Origin: Octopus vulgaris
Lineage: Eukaryota
Direction of reading: 5' to 3'
Assembly: GCA_951406725.2 (NCBI GenBank)
Contig: OX597823.1
Location: 96,100,001-96,164,000, forward strand
DNA length: 64,000 nucleotides
Shown: positions 25,974 to 39,130 of the stretch, one piece after another
Layout: each line of letters begins with the position of its first letter
How positions within the stretch are numbered: the first letter of the stretch is position 1
Program-made: the position numbers and the translations under genes
The notes under the pieces: generated by a model
The model's database searches: none
The model's input: only the letters and a program-made list of their open reading frames with translations
What the model was told of the DNA's origin: nothing

Positions 25974-26781
25974 CATATGTAAATTAAGATTTTATATCCT
26001 TGCAGATTGTCTCGGTTTCATTGGGTGAGTTTCTTCCTTTAGAATTGCATCCTTTTTAGTACTGGAAGGGAAGAAAGAAAGAAAGAGGAAAGAGCCAATC
26101 AGACATTTAGCAAAATAATGGTTAATAGTTAAAATATGATGATAATAGTGATGATGATGATGAGGAGGAGAACGATATTGCTGTGGCTGATGATGCAGAT
26201 GATGATGGGCAAGATGATGCAGATGATGATTAAAGTCCTAATTAAATCAATGATGCCATTGTTGCACAAACTTTCCCTTCCACTGCTGTTGCTCCCGGGA
26301 GTTAGCTAGTCTCAGCTCACGTCCATCCAGGTATCACTGACTCACTCGTTTACCCCTCCTCTTTTCACTCCTACAGTGTCCACCCTTCATTGCCCTGCAT
26401 TAAACTCTAGTGGCATTGCAAGGGCAGCCAACAAAAGGGGTCAAGGCAATCACATTGTGAGTAAGTGGGGAAAATGTGCTACTTTTATTTTTATATCTGT
26501 TATTTCTTAATTATTTCAAACATGAGAGTGTGGCCATGCTGGGGCAATGCCTCGAAGAATTTTAGTTGAATGAATCGAACCCCGGAGTTTTTTCTTTTCT
26601 AGAGTCTGGTACATATTCTGTTGGTGTCCGTTTGTTGAACCACTAAGCAATGAAATTGTAAATACACCAGTGCTGGTTGTCAAAGAGTGGTAGAGGCGGG
26701 GGCAGAAACACAGACACAAACACACATACATATTCATATACATACATACATACATACATACACACATACACACACACACAC

Positions 26782-26826
<45 letters not shown>

Positions 26827-26996
26827 TTAAATCTTTGAAATGTCTCAGCTTTAAAGCTGCACTCATGCAGACATACTTTGTAAATCCAATAATGGTGGTC
26901 AACCAAAAACTACCCCATCTCTCTCGCTCTTTCTCTCTCTCTCCCCTCTCTTTCTCTCTATGTATATATAAATACATATATACATACATATATATG

Positions 26997-27895
26997 GACC
27001 TAAGAAGCATCAGATGCGGTTTGAAAGAGAGACGACTGCACTGGTATGGTCATGTGGCGAGAATGGATGAGGATAGCTGTGTGAAAAAGTGCCACACCCT
27101 AGCGGTTGAGGGAACCTGTGGAAGAGGTAGACCCAGGAAGACCTGGGATGAAATGGTGAAGCACGACCTTCGAACATTAGGCCTCACCAAGGAAATGACT
27201 CACGACCGAGACTTTTGGAAATATGCTGTGCTCGAGAAGACCCGGCAAGCCAAATGAGACCTGTGGCCTATGAAATGAGACCTTAACCTGTGGCCTATGC
27301 CAGGAGCGTAACCAGCCCGCTTATGCATACCTTTTCCTTCTTTGGTCACTAAACTCTGCTTGTGAAGACCTGTTGAGGCAAGAGATATCAAAATCAAAAT
27401 CAAATTTGACGATTGGCATCCATGCTAGCCGGGGGTAAGAGGGTGATCGTTGACAGTGGCTAACCGGCTTCCGTGGCAAGGCACATAAAAGGACACCATT
27501 CGAGTATGATCGTTACCAGCGTCGCCATACTGGCACTTGTGCCCGTGCTAGTAGGGTACCAAGAGCACCATCAGAGCGTGATTGTTGCCAGAGCAGCCAA
27601 CTGGCTCCGTGCTGGTGGCACGTAAAAGGGCACCATTCGAGCGTGATCGTTACCAATGTCGCCTTACTGGCACCTGTGCTGGTGGCATGTGTAAAAAGAT
27701 TCGAGCGAGGTCATTGCCAGTGGCACGTAAAAAGCACCCACTACACTCTCGGAGTGGTTGGCGTTAGGAAGGGCATCCAGCTGTAGAAACTCTGCCAGAT
27801 CAAGATTGCAGCCGTCTGGTTCGCCAGCCCTCAGTCAAAATTGTCCAACAACCCATGCTAGCATGGAAAGCGGACGTTAAACGATGATGATGATA
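26997..27895 (+). mobile_element. RTE LINE 3' end (ORF C-terminus, 3' UTR and (GAT)n tail)
   Basis: ERRLHWYGHVARMDEDSCVKKC...GRGRPRKTW...DRDFWK* (stop at 27257), then a UTR with internal sub-repeats ending catgctagcatggaaagcggacgttaaacgatgatgat. Confidence 0.9.
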
Positions 27896-27920
27896 TATAT
27901 ATGTATATATATATATATAT

Positions 27921-28476
27921 ATTAGTAATGCAATACTAGAGTATTGCTTTCCAGTAAAGAATAGCCCGTAAAGGAAAAATATACAAAGAAGTAAATATAT
28001 GGCACAACGAAGTACAGATTGCTTCGTTGTGCTATATATTTACTTCTTTGTATATTTTTCCCTCATGGGCTATTCTTTACTGGAAAGCAATACTCTAGAA
28101 TTGCATTGCTAATTTATTGAAACTTCTTCACCATTCTCGTGCTGTTAGCGTTTCGGCGTTTCAGTCGAGTGTAATGGCATTAATGTGGTAACATCTGAAA
28201 TGTTGTCGTGGTATATGTTTGACTGATGAAGATAGATCAAGTTTATGGGTGCAGACATATCTTGAAAAATCTGAAACCTGCGCAGGTCCCACATTATCCT
28301 TTTCCAGGTATTTCATCTTTCAGATGTTCTCCCTGGAGGTAAGACAATTTCTTCTAGTTTGTTGCACACACGCATTTTTGCTAGTACATACGCGGTGAAG
28401 CTATACATTAGCGTCGTATTATTACGTTCGCTATTTCCAGTAAATATCGGTACTTCGTTGTGCCATATATTTACTT

Positions 28477-28480
<4 letters not shown>
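27921..28480. mobile_element. Penelope-like terminal-repeat remnant: 193-bp fold-back plus hammerhead motif
   Basis: Inverted repeat at 27921-28113. cttcgttgtgc.atatatttactt is repeated directly at about 28022 and 28453. HHR core at 28223-28288. Confidence 0.6.
28215..28294 (+). ncRNA. Hammerhead ribozyme motif with long stem II and palindromic stem III
   Basis: CUGAUGA (28223-28229), AGAU...AUCU, GAAA (28273-28276), CCUGCGCAGG-UC^ (28288). Stem I is only partly paired (AUGU/ACAU). Confidence 0.6.
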
Positions 28481-28512
<32 letters not shown>

Positions 28513-28612
28513 CCATATATCTTCCCATACAGATATCTATCTCTGTCTATCTATCTATCTATCTGTCTGTCTGTCTATCTTTTATCTATCTGTCTGTCTG
28601 TCTGTCTGTTTA

Positions 28613-28643
<31 letters not shown>

Positions 28644-28644
28644 T

Positions 28645-29872
28645 GCAGCTCGGCACCTGGAGAAGCAAGCCCATGCCACCCAACAGTGTCTCCATCGTGG
28701 GACACTGGACCGACGGGCTAGTTAAATTGTTCAGGGTCTAGTTCGGACCTCAAAATGGAGAAGAACTGGGATGAGATAACGAGTAGGGTGGCCACTCTCA
28801 CCCAACAGTGGGCTGAAAGGAAGCTATCCCTCAAGGGTCGGGCGGACCGTCATCTATTACCATCTGACAGTCATGCCTTGACCCTACCATCACCAAACTG
28901 GAACGCATACTCTTCCGCTTTTTGTGGAAGGGAAGTGTTCTGATGGTTATGCGATCCATTTGCTGTCAACACCCGCTAAATGGAGGGGTGGGCATGCCGT
29001 GGTTGATGATGTGCAGACATGCGCTGTGACTGCAACATCTCCGGCGCTTCATAGGCGACGGTGAACAGCTGTGGTTGCCATTTGTGAGGCGCGCTTTCCC
29101 GAAACTCGTTTCTTTGGCCGAACTGCAGTCATGGATTAAACAGAGACTGAGGTTAGGTGAATGGCACCGCGAGTGTCGCGTTGCTCTCAAGCAACTCTGC
29201 CATCCAGGATCAAACTTGTGCGACTCCATCACAACAAAGGCATTCTATAGAGAATTAGTGGAGGGAAGGTGCAACGACGTTCTCGAGGAGAATCTGGGCA
29301 TTGACGAGGAACACCTGACCCGCTTGTTCAGGACAACTTTCGGGCTGGGACCTATGGACAATCACCAGAGATCCCTGGCCTGGCAGTGTTATCGAGAAGC
29401 ATTACCTGTTCGGGATAAGCTCTACAGGCACGGTTCGAGATACACCGGATCGAGTTGCCCGAGATACGGTCAGAGCCTCTGGCCAATCGCTCATCATGAG
29501 AAAAAGAGGCAAGTTTTGTCTCCTGAGGGATTCAATAAAAGGTGGAAGAATGTAACAAAGATGGTACGCGTGATTGACGAAATCACTTTGAGCATGATCC
29601 TGTAAATCAAAAAACACAGAGAGAGAGAGAGGGGAGGGCGCTTTGCTCTCATGTCTTTCTTTCCCTGCCCGAGGTTGCCGTGGTCTTTTTCGTAGGCTTT
29701 TCTTTCCACGGGTAAACCTAATCAGTTTTACATTTTCACTCCCGCTTATTTTGCTGTTTACACGCCCCAAACGCTTTCGATCCACTTTGATCGTATTTTT
29801 TTTCTTTCGAAAAGAAAAGTTCTACATTATATTGTCCCCTCTGTGTTCGGCCCTGTGTGGCTAATAAAGAAA
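28645..29872 (+). mobile_element. L1/Tx1-type LINE ORF2 3' fragment with 3' UTR
   Basis: EKNWDEITSRV..QQWAERKLSLKGRA, HPLNGGVGMP, SLAWQCYREALPVRDKL. Ends aataaagaaa. Both flanks are (TCTA/TCTG)n. Confidence 0.8.
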
Positions 29873-29926
29873 CCTGTCTGTCTGTCTGTCCATCTATCTA
29901 TCTGTCTGTTCGTCTGTCTGTCCGTA

Positions 29927-29960
<34 letters not shown>

Positions 29961-30189
29961 CCTTACGATCTAATTTTTAAAAAAAATTGGAGTCAACAAG
30001 AAGGAGCATAGCTGTGTTTCCTCAGGCGAAAGGTAAATATTGCCTCCACAAGTCCAAATTCTCAGCTTCAGGAGATCCTCACTCTCTGTCGTGGCCTGAA
30101 GTTAGTAGTAGCCAGTGAGTTTATCAAAAGATGTGTTTTTGCTGAAGGATCATTGGCAAACTTGCAAACGGTCCTACGTCAGCAAAATA

Positions 30190-32965
30190 TCATCATCATC
30201 ACTTAACGTCCATTGTCCATGTTGGCATGGGGTGGACAGTTTGACCAGTGCTGCCAAGGCTCCACCAGACTCCAGTCTGATTAGGCATGGTTTCTACAGC
30301 TGGATGCCCTTCCTAATGTCAACCACTCTGAGAGTGGAATGGGTTCTTTTACGTGGCACCAGCACAAGTGCCATTTGCGTGACACCAGTATCTACCATTT
30401 TGACTCCGCGAGGCCCAACGCTAGAAATGTGCTTTTTACGTTCCACTGGCACAGGTGCAAGTTATGTGACACTAGTAGCGGCCACAACTACGATTTCACT
30501 TGGCTAGCTGATTATATTTGCCAACGTTCTCGGTCACCTGTCATTGCCTCTGTGAGGCCCAAACTTCAAAGATCATGCCTCACCACCTCGTCCCATGTCT
30601 TCCTGGGTTCCCTCCACACTTAGAGATCGGCACTTTTTATACAACGGTTTCCATCCTTAAGCATCACATGATCATACCAGTGCAGTCGTCTTTCTTGTAC
30701 ACCACATCTGATGCCTCTTAAGTCCAACTTTTCTCTCAAGATGCTAACGCTCTGTCCAACATGAACACTGATGCTTCACATCCCGCGAAGCATACTGGCT
30801 TCATGACTTTCAAGCCTACGCATGTCCTTCGTTGTCGCAGCCATGTTTCACGGCCGTGTACCGTAGTTGTTTGCACACAGACATCAGAAAATCTGCCTTT
30901 CACTCTGAGAGAGAGGCCTTTGTTGCTAGCAGAGGTAGGAGCTCTCTGAACTTTGTCCGACCTATTCTTATTCTCACAGCTACACTCTTAGAGCATCCAC
31001 CTCCACTACTAACTTGGTCAGCTAGATAACGGAAGCTATCTACAACCTCTAGCTTACCCCCGATAGCTGTTGATGGAGTCTATTTTCTGTGCTTATTGCG
31101 CCTGTGCATCTTCCACACACAAAAAACTATTTTTCCCTGTTAACCTCCCCCCTGATATTGCTGCTACTCCTATGTGTCCATATCTCACATCAGGTACCCC
31201 TTATGCAGTTTCTACCCACACCTTTCCTAAAGATTGAGCGGGGCCATCTACCTGAAGGGATTTGCGATATGTCTACCTTCCTTCTTACTAAGACTTTGGC
31301 TTTTGCCCGGTTAACTCTAAAGCCCTTCATTTCCAGTTCTTGCTTCCATGTATGAAACTTCTCTAGTTCTGGTAGTGATTTAGCTATAAGAACAAGGCTA
31401 GCATCATAGAGGAGCTCACAGGGGCAGTCTGTCTAAAATTTCTCTGTTATTGCTTGGAGAACTATTGAATAAGAAGGAGCTGAGGAACGAATCTTGGTGA
31501 CCCCCTACTTGTAGCCTGAATTCTTTGTTGTACTTGTTGCTAACTTTCACCTTACTGATAGTGTCCCTGTACATGGCTTGTACAGCTCACACCAACCACT
31601 CATCTGTCCCTAGTTTCTGCATTGACCACTAGATAAGGGATCAGGGGACCCTGTCAAAGGCTTTCTCCAAGTCAACGAAAGCCAAGCCCAGATGTTTATC
31701 GTTGGCTATGCATTTCTCTTGCAGCTGCCTTACCAAAAATATAGCATCAGTGGTAATTCTGCCTGACACAAAACCAAACTGCATCATGTCTAAACTAACT
31801 CTCTCCCTAATTAGATGGGCTATGACTCTCTCCATAACTTTCCTCACCTGATCCAACAATTTGATACCTCTGTAATTATTTCTAAAACGCCACCCTTTGC
31901 TTTGTAGCAGTTGACTATGGTGCTGCTACACCAGTCATTGGGTATGACTCCTTTGTGAATCACCTGATTTTCAATATGGGCGACTAAACCATAACCCACA
32001 CTGCCAGATATTTTAAGCCTCTCAGCGTCGATTCCTGATGGCTTTCCCTATTTTCATATGCTTAATTGCTTTATCTACCAAGGTACCGTCGATTCGGATT
32101 GCTGGTCCCTCAGTTGGGTCAACATTTGGTAGACTTTCCTCTTCCCATTCATCCTCCACATCAGTAGTCTTCCATAATGGCATTTTCAAGCCTTTTTCCT
32201 TCGCACAATCGCTAAATGCAAGTGAAGCATCATCCATGCAGACACATTTCTCTCCTATGACATCCACAATTTTCTCTCACACACTGTCTTGCAATCCGAA
32301 ACACCTCAAGTCTTTAATGCTCACGTCGCTAAACATAAGCAAACTTCTCTGCTTCTCTTCTGGCAAGATATACCTGTCTCCTAGCTTCTGGTTATTTCAT
32401 ACAGTTCTCTGCTATCCCCACCCACTCTTCCAGGCCTGTTTCTTTGCTCTGATAGCCCTGTCAGCAGCATTGTTCCACCACCGCGTCACCCAAAGTCTAG
32501 ATGGGATTTTGCCCCAGCCGCAGATTTGGTCTCTGGCACTCAATAAGCTGTCCCGCAAGAATTCCCAATTGCCCTCTTTGTCACAAGTCTGTAATTCCTT
32601 CTCCCTTTCATCAAATTTCTTAATTAGGATGATCATACGAAGGGTCCTTAAGCTTCCAGATCCTTCTTTTCCAGATTTGTCTTCTTCTTGGCATTCGTCT
32701 CACTTGGAGTCACTAATGACTACTTTATGCTGGGGGGTACATTCTTCACCAGGAATGGTCTTTGCATTTAAGAGAAACCATGCACCCCGCTGTCTGATGA
32801 GAATATAATCGATCTGGCTAGCACAGTCACCTGATTGATAAGTTATCAGGTCGCTGGCTCCCTGAAATTGGTGTTGCATATCAATAGGTTACTTGCATCG
32901 CAGAACTCACCTCTGCATTACAGGAACCGATTCCTTGACCACCATGTACACCATGGAAGGCAAAC
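30190..32965 (-). mobile_element. RTE LINE, degenerate (EN remnant, RT, 3' UTR)
   Basis: QFGFVSGRITTDAIFLVRQL...LAFVDLEKAFDRVP; TRWWNNAADRAIRAKKQAWK. (GAT)n-type tail at 30190. Confidence 0.9.
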
Positions 32966-33294
32966 TCAGTGGCCAAGACAGACAGATTGGAAGCTCTTAA
33001 AACTAAGAATTTTAACTTATGGAGACAATATTTACATATCACCTGAGGAAACCCAACTAGATCTCATAATGCAAGGAACGGTTGGCTAATCAATTACCAA
33101 CACCTTTGGAAAACTACGTTGCATGGTTACAATTGTAGTGATTGAAAATAAATGTACAACCGTACACCTTCGTTTTTCAGTTATCTATTCACACATGACA
33201 GATGCCCAAATGCAAGCCTAGAATTACGTATAATACTAGTACGGGATAGGACAGGGAGAAATCTGAAGGTGGACGAGCTTTATACTGTACTCTA

Positions 33295-33790
33295 CTATAA
33301 CGAGTATAGTGAAGAATTCCGAGTAGAAGTAGGGGTCCACCAAGTTTCAGTCCTTAGTCCCCTTCTATTCATCATAGTCCTCCAGGCAATAACTGAGGAA
33401 TTCAAGATGGGTTGCCCCTGAAAGCTCCTCTATACTGATGACCTGGCCTTTATAGCAGAATCACTACCGGAACTAGAAAAGAAATTTCGGGTGTGGAAGC
33501 TAGGTTTAGGATTCAAAAGGCCTTAGAGTAAATGTAGCAAAGACCAAAGTTATAGTAAGCACAAAGGCGAACTCATCACCCCCACCTCAGGTAGGTGGCC
33601 CTGCTCGATCTGTAGAAAAGGTGTAGGTAGAAACTCCATACGAGGTACCCAGTGTAAGCTATGGACGCATAAGAGGTGCAGCAACATCAAAGGAAAAATT
33701 AACCTAGCTTTCGTGTGCAGCAGATGCACAGGGCCAATAGACACCATTGATACTCAGAAAACAAATTCTATCACACTCCAGGGGGAGGTA
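33295..33790 (+). mobile_element. RTE LINE RT fragment
   Basis: YSEEFRVEVGVHQVSVLSPLLFIIVLQAI..LLYTDDLA..WPCSICRKGVGRNSI. Confidence 0.85.
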
Positions 33791-33799
33791 CTTTGGATG

Positions 33800-34685
33800 G
33801 GCTGGGGCTGCTATGTGAAGCTGGTGCAAAAAACAGCCATGAACTCACGTTATTTGTGGGTCTTCGCAGTCACAACATATCTCCAGAGATCTTGGTCTAT
33901 CGTCATTGCCTGTGAGGTCCAACGTTCGAAGGTCATGCTTGACCACCCCATCCAATGTCTTCCTGGGTCAACCTCTACCCTGGATTCCTTCAACTGTTTG
34001 GGAGTGGCACTTCTTCACACATTTCTCCTCATCCATCCGTAGTACATGACCATACCAGCGCAAGCGTCTCTCTTGCACGCCACATACAATGTTTCTTAGG
34101 TTCAGCATTTCTCTCGGGACGCTTACACTCTGTCGTATGTACTCACTGACATTACACATCCAGCAGATCATGCTAGCTTCATTTCTCTCAAGCCTACGCA
34201 TGTCCTCTGCAGTCACAGCCCATGTTTCACTACCGTGAAGCATGGCAGTTTGCACACATGCGTCGTACAATCTACCTTTCACTCTGAGCGAGAGACCCTT
34301 TGTCACCAGTAGGGGTAGAAGCTTTCTAAACTTTGTCCAGGCTATTCGTATTCTAGTGGTGACAATCTCTGTGCATCCACCTCCACTACTAACTTGGTCA
34401 CCTAGGTAGCGGAAACTATCAGCTACTTCTAGTTTCTATCCCTGGAGTGTGAGGGAATCTGTTTTCTGAGTATCAATGGTGTCTATTGCCCCTGTGCATC
34501 TGCCGCACATGAAAGCTATCTTCTAGGTTAATTTTTCTTTGATGTTGCTGCACCTCTTATGCGTCCATAGCTTACACTGGGTACCTCGTATGGAGTTTCT
34601 ACCTACACCTTTTCTACAGATCGAGCAAGGCCACCTACCTGAGGGGGGCGGTGGTGATCAGTTCGCCTTCCTACTTACTAGAACT
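33800..34685 (-). mobile_element. RTE LINE fragment, inverted relative to its neighbour
   Basis: KGLSLRVKGRLYDACVQTAMLHGSETW...ERRLRWYGHVLRM. About 34435-34680 is the reverse complement of about 33570-33790. Confidence 0.85.
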
Positions 34686-34688
34686 GTG

Positions 34689-34742
<54 letters not shown>

Positions 34743-35149
34743 ACAGGCTTCATGCAGTTTCCATCTACCAAAACCATTTATAAGGCTTTAGTTGGCCTGA
34801 GGCCACAGCAGAAAACACTTTCTTAAGGTGTCATGCAGTGGGACTGAACCTGAAACCATGTGGTTGGGAAGCAAACTTCCTACCACACAAACATTTCATT
34901 TGATTTTTCTTTTGGAATTTTGTGTCTTCTAAGGACTTTGAGTCCAGAGCAACTGTCCTTTGGTTTGCCCAAGCTATAGCACTGCTAACCACAACAGTTA
35001 ATCTTTCCTTCCCAGGACATTGTTCCAAAGCAACCTGCTTTGTTTTCTGGCCATGGTCCCTCAATATTCAAGTTGTCCTTCCGTTTTCTTTAAGGTGACA
35101 GGCTATAATTTCTAGCAGGTCGAATGATTGATTCAGGGTTTGCTTCTTG

Positions 35150-35430
35150 GCTCATGATGATGATGATAATTTCTACGTTACTGATGGTGATGGTTATGAT
35201 GATGATTATCATGACAACAATGATGATGATGATGGAAATGATGTCGAAAATGATAATGATGATGATGATAATTATATTGGCGATGGTTATATTGATGGCA
35301 ATGATAATAATGATGATAATGATGATAATGATGATAACAAAGATGATGGTGAGGATGATATTGATGATGATGATGACAATCACGATGCTACTATTGATGG
35401 TGATGATGATGGTGTTGACAAGAATGATGT
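35150..35430. repeat. Degenerate (GAT/AAT)n trinucleotide tract in the SLC22-like 3' UTR
   Basis: Continuous gatgatgat/gataat repeats just beyond the stop codon at 35451. Confidence 0.9.
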
Positions 35431-35450
35431 TTAAATCACATGAGAGACAC

Positions 35451-35618
35451 CTACACTAACTCCAGTTCTCCAGATTTGGTCAAATCACTGAAGTTGTCCA
35501 TCATTTTCCGGTTGTTTGTTTCGGGTAACAACAATGACAATAGCCCCGCGATTATGGCAAGTGCTCCCATAAGAACCATCGGCAGTATTCGACCAAGCTT
35601 GCCAGAAACTAAATCTGA
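35451..35618 (-). CDS. SLC22: SLC22/organic cation transporter-like, last exon
   Basis: Acceptor ttttttcag|, phase 0. SDLVSGKLGRILPMVLMGALAIIAGLLSLLLPETNNRKM...* contains the TM12 LPET motif. Confidence 0.9.
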   Translation of the reverse strand, partial: SDLVSGKLGRILPMVLMGALAIIAGLLSLLLPETNNRKMMDNFSDLTKSGELELV

Positions 35619-37239
35619 CTGAAAAAAAAAATAGGAAAAGAAACAGCAAATATAAAAAAATGTTTTGTTTATTTTGTTGTTGTTTGGCCACAGATCATTA
35701 CTGAACAAGCACACTTATGGTCAGAGGTGTTCCCACCATGACCACCCTGTTTTAATTTCAGCATAGATGTATATATATATATATAGTTGAAATTTACAGA
35801 AAAACAAAAGACGAAGACAGGTTTATAAACAACAAACAGGTGTATTAGTTTGACGCTTGGGAAGGTGAGAAAGTTTTTTTACATCTCGAGCCTACTCTCT
35901 TCAACAGAAAGGAACACGAGGAAATAGACAGAGAGAGAATATTAAAAAACTTGTGGATTTAACGGAAAATCATGGCGACTGGTTGGGAAAAGATAGTTGG
36001 ACAGGAGGGCTAGGATGAAGGGGAGATAAGAAAGTACTGGTGATCCCAAAACGAAAATTATATATATATATATATATGTGTGCATTGTGTTTGTAATAAA
36101 CAAACGAATGGAAAAAAAAGACGCGGAAGGTGAGGTTGAAAAACGTATACCAAATGCACAGATGAATGAAGAACAAACACAGAAAGTCACTAACTTCTCA
36201 TCAGTTATTGACCAAGGGGCCGGGTGCAATTTCGTGCCATTATTTATAATATTTCTTTCACCCTGGAGGCAACCAGCGAGAGAACTTGATGGGAGTGTAA
36301 CCAGAACATGACAAGACGAAACGAGACGGACAAATAAAGATGAAAAAGGGGATACGGAAATGGACAAACGAAAATGGATAAAAGTAATTCGAGAGGAGAC
36401 TGTTTGTGGACGGATGAGGAACAAAAAAAAATGAGATAAATAAAGAGAATATGGCATTAAGGACAAATGAAGACAAAAAAAGTAATACATACACAACAAC
36501 AAGCTAATACATATACAAAAAATAATAATAATACATATACAACAAAAAGAAAGTCGGGGTCTAGCAGACAGACAAGTGTGGAGTAACGCAAAGGAGAAAT
36601 ATAAAATGTCCGACTGGACAAGAGAAAGGCAGAGTTTGTTTTATTGTTCCAAGTAGCAGAATAACAATGGTTTCAAATTTTGACACAAGGCCAGTAGTTT
36701 CGAGGGAGTTGAGGTAGGTCAACTACATCAACCCCAGTATCTAACTGGTACTTATTTTATCGATCCCGAAAGGATGAAAAGCAAAGTTGACCTCAGTGGA
36801 ATTTCAACTCAGAATGTAAAGACGGACGAAATGCTGCCAAGAATTTGTTCCAGTCTGTTAATGATTCTGCCAGCTCACCACCTGAAGTAGCAGCTTAATA
36901 ATGACAAAATTATTCCACTAAATTCTTCGTTATTTCAAAATTAATTAGAACAAAGGCTGTGTATTTCAGAGATGTGGTAAGAAAAGGCTTAGCTATTTTA
37001 CTAAATTCTTTGAAACAAATACAGTGTATTTCATCCCAAATACGGTAAGAAAAGGTTTATAGCCATTGTGTTTGGTCTGATGGATAATATTTCCTTATTC
37101 GTATGTTGTTATGTAAATCCATAGAAAGGTAAGCCTAGCTCTGTCTCTTTACTAGTTGTGCTGGTTCCACGATGGATGGACTAACAAAAGGGACGAACAA
37201 CAAAACAAATAGCAAGTCTGAAAGAATCTAAATACTTAC

Positions 37240-37421
37240 AAAGTTGAGAATGTAAGGTGCCACACTGCCGCCAACATGTGCAAAAGTGGCCAAAGCCCCC
37301 AATGCACCGTTTCTTATACAAGTTGGATATAATTCCAAAGTGTATATATACACAATCGCAAAATTTGAAGTGATAAACATACGGCCTAATATCGAACTGG
37401 CAGTTAATATCCATCGATGGG
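37240..37421 (-). CDS. SLC22: SLC22-like internal exon (TM10-11)
   Basis: ctttttcag| ... |gtaagt; phases 1/0 match the neighbours. GRMFITSNFAIVYIYTLELYPTCIRNGALG carries the ELYPT..R motif. Confidence 0.92.
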
Positions 37422-37924
37422 CTGAAAAAGAAAAAAGATAAAAGACAGAATTCTTAAACAAAAACAACAAAAAAATCCTTTTCGGTATTTCACAGACATG
37501 TGGACCCTCAATATAATTCTCAGGTAAACTCAAATTGACAATCGCTGTCTAAACTGTACATAATTTCAAGTCTCATTCACAAAGTACAGGCCCTCACAAA
37601 TTGTAGGTTGGTACCCAGCATGCTGGAAGCCCACAAGAAGTGAGTGACCCCTTAGCTTTTTTTGAAGCATGTCTTCAGAAATCCCCTTGAAACCCAGACT
37701 ATGTCTCCTTCAATAATCGGCAGAGACTTGGTCAGTGGATCCTCTGCGATGGTCAGCAATCAACAGCAAGATGAGCTGTTATGGATCCCACTATCCCAAA
37801 GTGTGTGTGTGCATGTGACTGGGGACCACATGGGAACTTGTGACCCCACTGAAACTCAGAGGAAGGAACAAAAAGTATGTTAAGAAGAAATATAATATTC
37901 CAAGAAAAGCCAGTTTAGTATTTA

Positions 37925-39130
37925 TCTTTTGATGATGTCAGTAGATAATGAAAGAATTAAAAATAAACATATGAATTCTACGTTACGACAATCAGAAATT
38001 CTATGTCACTATTTATTAAATATGCTAAAGATTTTTCGAAAAAATATGCATATATCATATCATATGAAATGGGTTATTCAAAATTGAAATATTTAAATGC
38101 ATCGCTATATTTGTGAGAATGTTTCAATGTAAAATTACCATTATAATTCAATAATATTAATTTATAGATAATTATATAATACCTCAAGGCAAAGATCACA
38201 TCTAAAATTACCAGTATTGTACTATGGCGCGTAACTAATAACAAACCCCTTTAAATCTTAATTAATGTTCCTATCTTTTAAACCCCAAATGTATTTACTA
38301 AGATTTGTAGAATTACATAATACCAATCCACAAGTTAGTCTACTTTAGCCATTTAAATTAGATATTGGTAAGATTAGTAAATTTATTATTGATAAACATA
38401 TTCCTAAGCCTAGACAAAATATTAAATTATCTTTGTGGTCTAATTCATTCGAAGTAATTGATTGGTTCAATAATATTAGCGATGAAAAAAACGTACCAAA
38501 TTCATTCAGTTGGATATATCAAATTACTACTCATCCATCAACCCTATACAACTTAATAGGGCCTTAATTTTTGGAATGAAGAATTCAGGTTTATCCAAAC
38601 GTGAAGTTGATATAATACTAACGTCTAGGAAAGCCATAACTGAATTCAATGGAAAGTACTGAACACGGACTAATAAACTGATTATTTCGACATTACTATG
38701 GAGTTCAGTGACTCAGCTCAAGTAACTGATTTTGTGGGTATTTACAGTCTTATCTGTATTTATATTGAATGACCTGAATCAGGGGTGGATTATATAGAAA
38801 TGACGCTCTTTTCCCTATCTGTATGACTAATAAGGTTAATCTAGAAAGGTTCCTGAAAAAACTTCTTAAATTCCTTAAGCTTCGTGGCCTCTTTATCTCG
38901 AGAGAAAATCATCATACTAAGGTTAAATTCTTTTATGTTATTGGATGTCAGTACTGAACTATACCAACCATATCATAAACTGAATGAGTACTTAAGGTAT
39001 GTTAATAAAAATTTTAATCATTCTAGAATCATCTTAGACTCTATCGTTAAAAATATATCAAATCGTATTTCAAGGTTTTATGCTAATGAGGATGGATCTT
39101 TCACAAAATCAAAATTACTATAGCTATGAA
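37925..39130 (+). mobile_element. Penelope-like element reverse transcriptase remnant
   Basis: Frameshifted KFIQLDISNYYSSI, FDITMEFSDSAQVTDFVG, GGLYRNDAL, YQPYHKLNEYLRYVNKNFNH..ISNRIS match PLE RT and thumb motifs. The 5' part recurs at about 63100-63493. Confidence 0.75.

Noticed and set aside
35090-35459. Poly-Asp, poly-Met and poly-Ile ORFs
   Set aside because: A degenerate (GAT)n tract immediately 3' of the SLC22 stop codon.
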